Origin: an uncultured Pelagibacteraceae bacterium
Lineage (GTDB): Bacteria > Pseudomonadota > Alphaproteobacteria > Pelagibacterales > Pelagibacteraceae
Assembly: GCA_902596375.1 (NCBI GenBank)
Contig: CACJTU010000006.1
Coordinates: forward strand, 2,398 to 66,397
Length of the DNA: 64,000 nucleotides
Direction of reading: 5' to 3'
In this document: in pieces, positions 49,333 through 58,762 of the stretch
How positions within the stretch are numbered: the stretch's first letter is position 1
How the letters are laid out: every line of letters starts with the position of its first letter
The notes under the pieces: model-generated
What the model saw: only the letters and a program-made list of their open reading frames with translations
Database searches by the model: none
What the model was told of the DNA's origin: nothing
Program-made: the position numbers and the translations under genes

Positions 49333-49335
49333 AAA

Positions 49336-50775
49336 ATGGATAAAACATATTTTTTAACTCAATCAACATCATTAATATTAGTAATCGCTATCAGTTTAAT
49401 ATTTGCTTTTTTAGGAATTCTTCATTCTAAAAAATTTCCAGGAATTAATAATTATTTAACTGCAAATAGAAACATTAGTTTATTTTCGCTTACAACAAGT
49501 ATTGTAGCATCAGCTTTAGGTGCTTGGATATTATTTGGTCCAGTAGCGGCTGCAACATGGGGCGGATTAGGTGCCGTTATTGGTTATGCATTAGGCACAG
49601 CTTTTCCAATGATTTTATTAATTTATTTTGGAAAAAAAATTAGAAATGAGTTTCCAAAAGGATCTTCTTTAGTTGAGTTTATGAGAAAGAAGTTTGGAAA
49701 AAGTCTATTTAAGTTAATTTTGTTAATGACAATCTTTTATATGTTCATTTTTCTTTGCGCCGAAGTAACGGCAGTTGCTTTATTAATTAATTATATATCT
49801 GGAACAGAATTGTGGATTACAGCATTAATAGTCTTGGTAGCTACCTTAAGCTATACCCTTTATGGTGGATTAAGAGCGTCAATATTTACTGATAATATTC
49901 AAATGATTGTAATAGGTGTTTTATTATTTATTTTGATTTCAATTATTAGTTCATCTTCAGGAGATAATTTTTCTTTTTCTTTAATTAATGAGAAAAACCC
50001 TCAACTATTAAGTTCAAACTATATTCCTGGATATACTGCTGGATTAACTTTCTTTATTGCAGTTGCAGCAACAAATTTATTTCATCAAGGAAATTGGCAA
50101 AGAGTGTATGCAGCAAAAGATTATCAAACATTAAAAACTGGTTTGATAATTTCTTTCTTCATTATTATTCCAATAGTTTTTTTAATGGGTTTTATTGGAA
50201 TGGTTTCATTTTCAATTGATCCATCCGTTAGACCTGATTTAGGTTTTTTTAGTTTATTATTAAAAGATCAAACTGAAATTTTATCCTTATTGATTATTAT
50301 TCTTGGTCTTGCATTAACAGTTTCTACTGTTGATACTTTGGTTAATGCTATTTCTAGTTTATTTGTAGTTGATGGCAAAGCAACTTTTAACTTAGATAAA
50401 AAAACTGATTACTTAAAAATATCTAAATATTTCATTTTAATCTTGTCTGTAATTGCTTTTGGAGTTGCTTCAAAAGGATTTGATATTTTATATTTATTCT
50501 TACTTGCAGATTTATTTTGTTGTGCATTTGTAGTGACTGTTTTTTATAGCTTCTATAATAAAGTGGATGAAAAAACCGCTTATGTTTCAATTATAATTGG
50601 TTTAGTTGCTGGATTTTTAATGTTTCCATTTCCAGATTTTTCTAAAAGTTTATTAGTGGGAGTATTTTTGTCTAAAGACCTGTTTTCACCATTTATAGCT
50701 CAATCTTTATTATTTTTATCTTTTTTGATTGCAACATTCTTGCCTGCAATAATCTTAAAAATTAAATTTAGATAG
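49336..50775 (+). CDS. thiV: Sodium:solute symporter, probable thiamin-precursor (HMP) transporter
   Basis: SSS motifs (YGGLRASIFTD, WQRVYAAK, STVDT), about 13 TM segments, TPP riboswitch upstream. Confidence 0.85.
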   Translation: MDKTYFLTQSTSLILVIAISLIFAFLGILHSKKFPGINNYLTANRNISLFSLTTSIVASALGAWILFGPVAAATWGGLGAVIGYALGTAFPMILLIYFGKKIRNEFPKGSSLVEFMRKKFGKSLFKLILLMTIFYMFIFLCAEVTAVALLINYISGTELWITALIVLVATLSYTLYGGLRASIFTDNIQMIVIGVLLFILISIISSSSGDNFSFSLINEKNPQLLSSNYIPGYTAGLTFFIAVAATNLFHQGNWQRVYAAKDYQTLKTGLIISFFIIIPIVFLMGFIGMVSFSIDPSVRPDLGFFSLLLKDQTEILSLLIIILGLALTVSTVDTLVNAISSLFVVDGKATFNLDKKTDYLKISKYFILILSVIAFGVASKGFDILYLFLLADLFCCAFVVTVFYSFYNKVDEKTAYVSIIIGLVAGFLMFPFPDFSKSLLVGVFLSKDLFSPFIAQSLLFLSFLIATFLPAIILKIKFR

Positions 50776-51136
50776 AGGATTTTAAAGCATCATAAATAAG
50801 TTCTTTAGTGGTCTCACCAATGCTTCTGTAAACTTCTTTATTATCTTTAAAAATTAAAAGTGTTGTTTGATATTGAACGTTAAAAAATTGAGCAATTTCT
50901 TTATTTGTTACATCAAAAGCAAAGTAATCCATATTATCAAAATCATTTTTTGCTTTTTCAAGAACTTTCATTTGGCTAGCACAAGAAGTACAATATTTAA
51001 TCCAAGAACTAACCACCACAACTTTTCCTTCTGATAGAGCTTTATCAAACAACTCTTTACTATAAGTGGTTTCTTTTCCAATTGCCTTGGTGCTAAATGC
51101 TAATACAAAACAGATAAATACTAAAAATTTTTTCAT
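50768..51136 (-). CDS. Exported thioredoxin-fold protein
   Basis: Signal peptide, CTSC, F.V..Q.TL..FK...EV.R. Confidence 0.8.
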   Translation of the reverse strand: MKKFLVFICFVLAFSTKAIGKETTYSKELFDKALSEGKVVVVSSWIKYCTSCASQMKVLEKAKNDFDNMDYFAFDVTNKEIAQFFNVQYQTTLLIFKDNKEVYRSIGETTKELIYDALKSSI

Positions 51137-51205
51137 TAAATCAAAATTAAGGTAAATTTTAATTTATTGTAATACTATAAATTGTCTCTATATATGCCTA
51201 ACCAC

Positions 51206-52141
51206 ATGTCAAACGAGCAAATAAGCATAAATAACCTGTCAAAAGTGTACGACAATGGTTTTGAGGCATTAAAAAAAATAAACCTAAATATTAAAAAGGG
51301 TGAAATTTTTGCAATGCTAGGACCAAATGGTGCAGGAAAAACTACGCTTATAAGTATTATCTGCGGGATAGTAAGACCATCTTCTGGGAAAGTTACAGTA
51401 GATGAATTTGATATTATTGATGATTATAGAGAAACAAGATCTAGAATTGGATTAGTTCCTCAAGAGTTAACTTTAGAGCAATTTGAAACTGTATTTAACA
51501 ACGTTTCATATTCTAGAGGTTTGTACGGGAAAAAACCTGACCCTAAACATATTGAGAAAGTTTTAAAAGATCTAAGTCTATGGGATAAAAAAGATTTAAG
51601 GCTTAGACAATTATCTGGGGGAATGAAAAGAAGAGTTTTGATTGCAAAAGCATTATCTCATGAGCCAACCATTTTATTTTTAGATGAACCAACTGCTGGT
51701 GTTGATGTTGAGTTAAGGCAAGATATGTGGAAAGTTGTTGAGAGTTTAAGAAAAACTGGTGTTACAATAATTTTAACAACACACTACATAGAGGAAGCTG
51801 AAGCTATTGCAGATAGAGTAGGGGTAATCAATCAAGGAGAAATAATAGTGGTTGATGAAACAAAAGAATTATTAAAGAAAATGGGCCACAAGAAACTCAC
51901 TGTGGACTTGCAAGAAGAAGTTAAAGAATTACCAAGCAGTTTAGAAAAATATAATCTTGAAATTGGTAAAGATAAAATGTCAATTGATTACACCTATAAT
52001 GTTCAAGCAAAACAAACAGGGATTACAAATTTACTTCAAGATTTAAAAGATGCAGGTTTAAAATTAAAAGATTTAAAAACAGAACAAAGCACATTAGAAA
52101 AAATATTTGTCAGTTTAGTAAAGGAAAATAATGAAATTTAA
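51206..52141 (+). CDS. ABC-2 exporter ATPase (YadG-like)
   Basis: [29 protein letters not shown]. Confidence 0.92.
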   Translation: MSNEQISINNLSKVYDNGFEALKKINLNIKKGEIFAMLGPNGAGKTTLISIICGIVRPSSGKVTVDEFDIIDDYRETRSRIGLVPQELTLEQFETVFNNVSYSRGLYGKKPDPKHIEKVLKDLSLWDKKDLRLRQLSGGMKRRVLIAKALSHEPTILFLDEPTAGVDVELRQDMWKVVESLRKTGVTIILTTHYIEEAEAIADRVGVINQGEIIVVDETKELLKKMGHKKLTVDLQEEVKELPSSLEKYNLEIGKDKMSIDYTYNVQAKQTGITNLLQDLKDAGLKLKDLKTEQSTLEKIFVSLVKENNEI

Positions 52142-52898
52142 TTATTACGCTTTTAAAGCAATTTATCTACATGAGATGGATAGATTTAAACGAACATTGA
52201 TGCAATCTTTGTTATCGCCAGTTTTATCTACCTCATTATATTTTATTGTTTTTGGATCAGTAATTGGAGGCTATGTAGAAAATATTGATGGGATTAGTTA
52301 TGGATCATATATTGTTCCAGGTTTATTGATGCTTACTCTTTTAACTCAATCAATCAGTAACACATCCTTTGGTATATTTTTTCCTAAATTTAATGGAACT
52401 ATTTATGAAATCTTGGCAGCTCCCATATCAACATTAGAAATTGTTCTTGCTTTTGTTGGTGCTGGAGCAACAAAAACTTTAATTGTAGGTTTTGTAATTT
52501 TTATAACAGCAACATTTTTTGTAGAGGTAGATGTAAAATATCCTTTATTAATGATATTTTTATTAGTTTTAGTTGCTTTTACTTTTGCCTTGTTTGGTTT
52601 TTTAATCGGATTGATGAGTTCTAACTTTGAGCAAATGTCAATTATACCAACACTAGTTATTACTCCGATGGTATTTTTAGGTGGAAGTTTATATTCTTTA
52701 GATATGCTGCCAGAATTTTGGCAGATGGTTACTTATTTTAATCCAGTAGTTTATCTAATAAATGGATTAAGATTTTCATTTTATGGAGTATCAGATTTTA
52801 ATATTTGGGTTAGCATCATTTCTATGGTTGCTTTTTTATTAGGATGCATCACGATTGTTACTATTTTGCTTAAAAAAGGCTATAATATTAAGTCTTAA
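52131..52898 (+). CDS. ABC-2 permease (YadH-like)
   Basis: LYF.VFG, Y..YIVPGL, P..FLGG, NP.VY.I.G.R. Confidence 0.92.
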   Translation: MKFNYYAFKAIYLHEMDRFKRTLMQSLLSPVLSTSLYFIVFGSVIGGYVENIDGISYGSYIVPGLLMLTLLTQSISNTSFGIFFPKFNGTIYEILAAPISTLEIVLAFVGAGATKTLIVGFVIFITATFFVEVDVKYPLLMIFLLVLVAFTFALFGFLIGLMSSNFEQMSIIPTLVITPMVFLGGSLYSLDMLPEFWQMVTYFNPVVYLINGLRFSFYGVSDFNIWVSIISMVAFLLGCITIVTILLKKGYNIKS

Positions 52899-52909
52899 TC
52901 ACACAATTA

Positions 52910-52942
52910 AAAAAATAGCCCTGTTAAGGGCTACTAAAAAAA
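52910..52942. terminator. Hairpin between the convergent permease and aceA genes
   Basis: TAGCCCT-GTTA-AGGGCTA; the upstream A run gives a U tail on the minus (aceA) strand. Confidence 0.7.
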
Positions 52943-52962
52943 TGGAGAGGGAAGTTATTTTT

Positions 52963-54237
52963 TTAAAACTGTTCTGACTCTGTAGATCCAGCCATTGCCG
53001 TAGTTGAGCTTTGACCGCTACTAATAGTATTTGATACTGCATCAAAATAAGATGTACCAACTTCTCTTTGGTGTTTAACACTAGTATAGCCATCTTTTTC
53101 TCGAGCAAATTCTTGTTGTTGAATTCTAGAGTATGCAGCCATACCTTCTTTTCTATATTTTTCAGCTAGTTCAAAGATTGCAATATTTTGAGTATGAAAA
53201 CCTGCAAGAGTAATAAATTGAAATTTATATCCCATTTTTGCAATTTCTTGTTGGAATGAAGCAATTTCATCATCGCTTAAATGTTTTTTCCAATTAAAAG
53301 AAGGTGAACAATTATAAGCTAAAAGTTTTCCAGGAAATTTTTCATGTACTGCATCAGCAAACTTTTTAGCTTCTGCTAAATTAGGCGTTGCTGTTTCACA
53401 CCAAATTAAATCAGCATAAGGAGCATAAGCCAAACCTCTAGAGATAGCTTGTTCAATTCCATCTTTTACATAATGAAAACCTTCAGGAGATCTTTCACCT
53501 GTTAAAAATGGTTTATCATTTTCATCAAAATCATTTGTAATTAATTTTGCAGCATTCGCATCAGTTCTAGCCAAAATAATTAATGGAACTTCTGCAATAT
53601 CAGCAGCTAATCTTGCAGCTTTTAGATTTTTTACCATTGTTCCTGTTGGTACCAAAACTTTACCACCCATGTGACCACATTTTTTTTCACTAGCTAGCTG
53701 ATCTTCAAAGTGTACACCTGCAGCACCTGCTCTTATAAATTTTTTAGTTAATTCAAACACATTTAATGGACCACCAAATCCAGCTTCACCATCAGCAATA
53801 ATAGGCAACATATAATCTGTTCTATCCTCTTTTTTCATATCACCGTCTTTCATTTCCATATGTTGAATTTGATCAGCTCTTATTAAAGAATTATTCATGG
53901 ACTCAACTAATTTTGGTGCACTGTCATAAGGATATAGAGATTGATCTGGGTACATTTCACCAGCTGTATTAGCATCAGCAGCAACTTGCCATCCGCTTAA
54001 ATAAATTGCTTTTAAACCAGCTTTTGCATGTTGAACTGCTTGATTACCTGACAAAGAGCCAAGCGTGTTCACGTATGGCTCAGAATTTAATAGTTTCCAA
54101 AGTTTTTGAGATTGGTTTTTACACAAAGAATACTCAATTTTAATTGAGCCTCTTAATCTTTCAACTTCTTCTTCCGTATAGTCTCTTTTTATTCCAGCAA
54201 ATCTTTTTAAGTCGTATGAGATTTTTTCTGCACTCAT
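52963..54237 (-). CDS. aceA: Isocitrate lyase
   Basis: [45 protein letters not shown]. Confidence 0.98.
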   Translation of the reverse strand: MSAEKISYDLKRFAGIKRDYTEEEVERLRGSIKIEYSLCKNQSQKLWKLLNSEPYVNTLGSLSGNQAVQHAKAGLKAIYLSGWQVAADANTAGEMYPDQSLYPYDSAPKLVESMNNSLIRADQIQHMEMKDGDMKKEDRTDYMLPIIADGEAGFGGPLNVFELTKKFIRAGAAGVHFEDQLASEKKCGHMGGKVLVPTGTMVKNLKAARLAADIAEVPLIILARTDANAAKLITNDFDENDKPFLTGERSPEGFHYVKDGIEQAISRGLAYAPYADLIWCETATPNLAEAKKFADAVHEKFPGKLLAYNCSPSFNWKKHLSDDEIASFQQEIAKMGYKFQFITLAGFHTQNIAIFELAEKYRKEGMAAYSRIQQQEFAREKDGYTSVKHQREVGTSYFDAVSNTISSGQSSTTAMAGSTESEQF

Positions 54238-54288
54238 TTTTTAGTTTCCTTTGTGTTTTAATTTAGAAAATTGAATAAGAAGAACGAA

Positions 54289-54450
54289 CTAGTTGCTATC
54301 GTCTAAGGCTTTGATTAGCTCACTCATTCCACTTGAACCCCAATCACAATGATCATCTCTCATATAGATTCCTCTACTGTTGTGCTGATCTAAGTCCTCT
54401 TTTTTAATGATTTGAGCTTCATTTTCTGTGTTTTTTAAATTTTTATCCAT
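54289..54450 (-). CDS. Small 53-aa ORF upstream of aceA (not in the ORF track)
   Basis: Manual translation: MDKNLKNTENEAQIIKKEDLDQHNSRGIYMRDDHCDWGSSGMSELIKALDDSN*. Confidence 0.55.
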   Translation of the reverse strand: MDKNLKNTENEAQIIKKEDLDQHNSRGIYMRDDHCDWGSSGMSELIKALDDSN

Positions 54451-54554
54451 GTAAATTATATATTTTACAGAATTTACAAAATCTATAAAAAACGTTAAAA
54501 AGCTTTGTAAATGGGGAAAAAATATTGTAAAAATAAATTTACAAAATTTACAAA
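54450..54554. promoter_or_regulatory. Cluster of TTTACA(A)/TGTAAA boxes, probable RamB/ScfR operators
   Basis: TGTAAA at 54450; TTTACAGAA-TTTACAAA 54464-54480; TTTGTAAA at 54504; TTGTAAA at 54525; TTTACAAAA-TTTACAAA 54538-54554. Confidence 0.65.
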
Positions 54555-54562
54555 TAGTAAAT

Positions 54563-55996
54563 ATGAGTCAAATAGATTTAAAAATAGGGCCTAAAATCAA
54601 GTCTTTTAGAAGGCAGCTTGGTCTTCAAGCTAACAAGTTAGCAGAAGATTTAAACATTTCTCCAAGCTATTTAAATCTTATTGAAAGTGGAAAAAGAAAA
54701 ATTGATGGCGATTTACTATTAAACTTATGTGAAAAATTAAATATTCAATTATCAGATCTTACATCAAAAAAAGATATTAATCTTCAAAATACAATTTCTG
54801 AAATTTTAGATGATAGTTTGTTTGAGGATTTAGATATTTTAGGACCTGAAGTAAAAGATTTAGTTAGTACCAATCCAAAAATTGGAAAAGCAATTGTAAG
54901 ACTTGGAGATATTTTAAAAAAAAAAGATCACGAGCTAATTAATAAGATAGAAAAAATTTCTGGTAAAATTGTTGATAATAGAAAAAATTCTTTTCCAGGA
55001 GAAGTTATTTCAGACTTTTTACAAGAAAATAAAAATTACTTTCCTAAGTTAGAAGAATTTGCAAATAAGGTTTTTGATAAAATTCAAAAAAATAATCGTA
55101 CAAGATACATTGCTTTATGTGAATATCTATATTCGGAATATTCAATTACTGTAAAAGATGTTATTCCTGATGAAAGCAAACCATTTTCAAAAATTTATAA
55201 TAAAAATAAAAAAGAGTTATTGCTTAGTGATTATAGTTCACTAGAAACAAAAAAATTACATGCAGCTGCACAAATAGCACAAGAAGGTGCAAATAAAGAA
55301 ATTGATGACTATCTTTCAAAATTTAGTTTTCCATCTGAGGAGTCAAAAAAGTTAACTAAAGTTGCTTTACTAAATTATTGTGGAGCAGCTATTTTAATGC
55401 CTTATAAATTATTTCATTCTGAGTGTAAAAAGCTAAAATATGATTTAGAGTTACTTCAAAATACTTTTGCAACATCTTTTGAACAAGTGGCACACAGAGT
55501 AACTTGCTTGCAGGATCCAAAACTTCCTGGAATTCCTTTTCATTTTTTAAGAGTTGATATGGCAGGCAATATTTCTAAAAGATTTTCTTTATCAGGTATA
55601 GATATACCAAGATATGGTGGTGCTTGCCCACGATGGAATGTTTATTCTGCTTTTACTAGACCAGGTGTTATTCAAGCAGCTGTAAGTAAAATGAATAATG
55701 GTGAAAAATACGTTTGTATTGCAAGAACCGTTGAAAAAGGTATTGGACGATTTGGTCAAGCCAAAAGTGTTTTATCTATAGGACTTGGTTGTGATGCAAA
55801 ATATGCAAAAGATTTTGTTTATACTGAAAACGTAAATATAAATGATAAATCGACTGAAATTCCAATTGGAGTTTCTTGCAGAACCTGTGACAGATTAGAT
55901 TGTTCACAAAGAGCATTCCCCCCATTACATAAAAAATTTGATGTTGATTTAAATACAAGAGGTGTTTCGGTTTATGTCAGCGATGATAAAGCCTAA
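54563..55996 (+). CDS. RamB/PccR/ScfR-family XRE transcriptional regulator
   Basis: N-terminal HTH (ISPSYLNLIE.GKR), ILMPY, SFEQVAHR, D.AGNISKR, GGACP.W, C-terminal CRTCDR.DC.QRA. Confidence 0.92.
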   Translation: MSQIDLKIGPKIKSFRRQLGLQANKLAEDLNISPSYLNLIESGKRKIDGDLLLNLCEKLNIQLSDLTSKKDINLQNTISEILDDSLFEDLDILGPEVKDLVSTNPKIGKAIVRLGDILKKKDHELINKIEKISGKIVDNRKNSFPGEVISDFLQENKNYFPKLEEFANKVFDKIQKNNRTRYIALCEYLYSEYSITVKDVIPDESKPFSKIYNKNKKELLLSDYSSLETKKLHAAAQIAQEGANKEIDDYLSKFSFPSEESKKLTKVALLNYCGAAILMPYKLFHSECKKLKYDLELLQNTFATSFEQVAHRVTCLQDPKLPGIPFHFLRVDMAGNISKRFSLSGIDIPRYGGACPRWNVYSAFTRPGVIQAAVSKMNNGEKYVCIARTVEKGIGRFGQAKSVLSIGLGCDAKYAKDFVYTENVNINDKSTEIPIGVSCRTCDRLDCSQRAFPPLHKKFDVDLNTRGVSVYVSDDKA

Positions 55997-55998
55997 TT

Positions 55999-56163
55999 AT
56001 GATTAAATATATACTGCCAGCTATAATTATTTTTTTAATAGTGTTATTTTGGGAAAAAATTACAGAGTTCGTAGAAAAAAAATTCAATATTAAGCTTAAT
56101 TATATTGTTGTTAGCTCCATTATTGCTGGAATAGCGGTTATCCTTTTACTCCTAAATTACTAG
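55999..56163 (+). CDS. Small 54-aa two-TM membrane protein (not in the ORF track)
   Basis: MIKYILPAIIIFLIVLFWEKITEFVEKKFNIKLNYIVVSSIIAGIAVILLLLNY*; fills the gap with 2-5 bp spacers. Confidence 0.6.
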   Translation: MIKYILPAIIIFLIVLFWEKITEFVEKKFNIKLNYIVVSSIIAGIAVILLLLNY

Positions 56164-56168
56164 GTTTC

Positions 56169-56438
56169 ATGAACAGTCTGGAAGTTTCAAATTTTAAAAT
56201 TGAGGAAACTGAGGGAGTTTTTACCTTTAAAAACAAAAATACAACAATAGGCTTTGTTAGATTTAATGAAAAAGGTGAGATAGAGTATATTTTTGTTAAT
56301 CCAATTTTTAGAAAACAAGGGTTAGCAACTAAACTATTACAATTAGTAAAACAAAAAACTGGAAAAGAAATAGTACTTCAAGAACCAATTAGCCCTTTAG
56401 GGTCGAAATTATTGAAATCATTAAATAAATGGAAATAA
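56169..56438 (+). CDS. Minimal GNAT acetyltransferase-like protein
   Basis: IFVNP.FRKQGLATKLL acetyl-CoA motif A. Confidence 0.75.
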   Translation: MNSLEVSNFKIEETEGVFTFKNKNTTIGFVRFNEKGEIEYIFVNPIFRKQGLATKLLQLVKQKTGKEIVLQEPISPLGSKLLKSLNKWK

Positions 56439-57175
56439 ACTTATTATTTTTTTTTACAGTTGTTCCAGCCATAATTTTATATGGAATTGCAAAATCAGGC
56501 CTAGGTGGTTCCATGACTTTAATTTCAGTTCCCTTAATGACTATAGTGATGCCACTAAATCAAGCTTTAGGAATTATTTTACCAATTTTAATATTTTCAG
56601 ATTTTATTGCTGTTTATAAATATAGAAAAGAATTTGATTTAGGAACTTTGAAATTAATGGTTCCATTTGCAGCTATTGGTATAATTATTGGATCTTTAAC
56701 TTTTTCATATTTTTCAGAAGATTTGTTAAAATTTATAATTGGAGTAATGGGTTTTTTGTTTGCAGGTCATTATTTCTTTTTTAAAAAAGACAAAGAAAAA
56801 AAATCTGAGAAAAATTTTTTAAAAGGTGGAACATGTTCAGTGGTTGCAGGTTTTACAAGTTTTTGTGTCCATGCTGGAGGAACTCCAACCAGTCTTTACT
56901 TACTTCCACTTAGAATGAAAAAAGAAACCTATGTTGGAACAAGAATATTTTTTTTCACTTTTGTGAATTTAATTAAACTTCCTTTGTATATTAATTTATC
57001 TATGACAAATCTAGAATCTTTTAAACATTCAGCAATATTATTTCCAGTTGCATTATTAGGAATATTGATTGGATATAAATTACTTAAAATTATTGAAGAA
57101 AAATTATTTTACAATTTTATATATGCTCTAATTTTAGTATCAAGCACAAAGCTATTATATGATTATCTAATATGA
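56429..57175 (+). CDS. TauE/SafE-family (TSUP) exporter
   Basis: G.AKSGLGG, LP.LI.SD, HAGG.P, N..KLP.Y; about eight TM segments. Confidence 0.88.
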   Translation: MEINLLFFFTVVPAIILYGIAKSGLGGSMTLISVPLMTIVMPLNQALGIILPILIFSDFIAVYKYRKEFDLGTLKLMVPFAAIGIIIGSLTFSYFSEDLLKFIIGVMGFLFAGHYFFFKKDKEKKSEKNFLKGGTCSVVAGFTSFCVHAGGTPTSLYLLPLRMKKETYVGTRIFFFTFVNLIKLPLYINLSMTNLESFKHSAILFPVALLGILIGYKLLKIIEEKLFYNFIYALILVSSTKLLYDYLI

Positions 57176-57225
57176 TTTTTTTACACATACTAAATTTAAA
57201 ATAAATGTTTAAATTTATTTAAATT

Positions 57226-57780
57226 ATGAAAAAAAAATTTAATCCAAGAATTAAAGCTAGATTAAGAAAAAATCGACAAGTCTTAAGTAAAAATATTGAT
57301 AATTTTTTTGGTTGGGTTAAAGGTGCAAAACTTGTTGAGCTTAAAGAATGCAATACAGATGAAGATCCTGTAAGACCAGAGTTAGATAATAAGTTTAGAA
57401 CGGGATATGGAAGAAAAATTTTTGGAGTTGAATACAAAGGAGAAATTCATGCTGTCATGTGTTTTGCTTATACAAATGAAATTCCAAAAAGTGTTGAAGA
57501 GTTAGAAAAACTTAGTACTGACGCATTTTTACAAACTGCTATGCGAGATCAGACTGGGGGTCAAATAGCAATTGCTTACACTGTATGGTCTAAAAAAAAG
57601 GGTGGAGGGAAATTAATAGTAAAAGAAGTATTCAAAAAAATTAAAAAATCTAATCATTTAAATAGATTGGTAACCCTTTCGCCTCTAACAGAAATGGCAA
57701 CAAATTTTCATGAGAGAAATGGCGCTAAATTAATTCAAATTAATGAAACTACACAAAATTTTGAATATAAAGTTATATAA
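57226..57780 (+). CDS. Hypothetical protein resembling a minimal malonyl-CoA decarboxylase catalytic (GNAT-fold) domain
   Basis: AIAYTVWS...G.G..I...V, VTLSP and FH.RNGA motifs. Confidence 0.55.
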   Translation: MKKKFNPRIKARLRKNRQVLSKNIDNFFGWVKGAKLVELKECNTDEDPVRPELDNKFRTGYGRKIFGVEYKGEIHAVMCFAYTNEIPKSVEELEKLSTDAFLQTAMRDQTGGQIAIAYTVWSKKKGGGKLIVKEVFKKIKKSNHLNRLVTLSPLTEMATNFHERNGAKLIQINETTQNFEYKVI

Positions 57781-57782
57781 TA

Positions 57783-58349
57783 ATGAAAATTATTAAACTT
57801 TATTTTATAGTATTTTGTACTTTATTTATTTTACCTTATTCTATGGTTATGGCTTATGAAGAAGCAAATTATGAAGTTGTCTCTAAAAATGAAGTTTATG
57901 AGATTAGAAAATATTCAGATCGTTTAGCAGTTGAAACAATGACATCTGGAATAGATAGTAATTTTAGAAAGTTATTTAATTACATTTCAGGCAGAAACGA
58001 TACCCAAGAGAAAATTAAAATGACAACTCCAGTTACTCAAGTTGAGAAAAATGGAAATATGAGTATGCAATTTTATTTACCATCTAAATTTAACTCAGAA
58101 AATGCACCAAATCCAAGCAGAGAAGACGTTAAAATAGTTAATATTGAAGGAGGATACTACGCGGTGCTGAGATATTCTGGACGAGCTTCAGATGGAAATT
58201 TTCTTAAGCATAAAAAAATTTTAGAAAAAGAGTTACAAAAAAATAATATATCAATTATAAGCCCACCTATTAGAGCAACCTATGATAGCCCATTTACCCT
58301 TCCAATGAATAGAAGAAATGAGGCTATGTTTAAAGTAGAATTAAATTGA
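57783..58349 (+). CDS. SOUL heme-binding protein
   Basis: YEIRKY, FRKLFNYISG.N, I.MTTPV, M.F.LP, RRNE. Confidence 0.9.
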   Translation: MKIIKLYFIVFCTLFILPYSMVMAYEEANYEVVSKNEVYEIRKYSDRLAVETMTSGIDSNFRKLFNYISGRNDTQEKIKMTTPVTQVEKNGNMSMQFYLPSKFNSENAPNPSREDVKIVNIEGGYYAVLRYSGRASDGNFLKHKKILEKELQKNNISIISPPIRATYDSPFTLPMNRRNEAMFKVELN

Positions 58350-58762
58350 TGAAATCAAAATTTAAAGCAATGGTGTTATCTTGTATGGATCCAAGATTTC
58401 AACATTTAGTACATAATCATTTAAGGAAAAAAAAATTAACAGGAAAATACAGTGCATTCACAATTGCAGGCGCAGCTATTGGTGTTACACATAATAAATT
58501 CAAAAAATGGCATAAAACGTTTTATGATAATTTAGGAACCTCTATTCAATTACATAAAATAGAAAAATTAATTGTAATCAATCATAAAGATTGTGGCGCA
58601 GCTAAAATTGCTAATGGAAATAAAGAATTTAGTCTGGTAAATGAAAAAAAAATTCATAAAGAGTCTTTCTCTAAAATTAAAAAACAAATAAAAAAAAGAT
58701 TTCCAAAATTGAAAGTAGAATTAAATCTAATTTCTTTGGATAGTAAAATTACTAAATTCTAA
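58349..58762 (+). CDS. Beta-class carbonic anhydrase-like protein
   Basis: CMDPR ... HKDCG zinc motifs. Confidence 0.8.
   Translation: MKSKFKAMVLSCMDPRFQHLVHNHLRKKKLTGKYSAFTIAGAAIGVTHNKFKKWHKTFYDNLGTSIQLHKIEKLIVINHKDCGAAKIANGNKEFSLVNEKKIHKESFSKIKKQIKKRFPKLKVELNLISLDSKITKF

Noticed and set aside
54238-54562. Riboswitch (for example glycine) in the long aceA leader
   Set aside because: No recognisable aptamer consensus; the space is explained by a small ORF and operator boxes.
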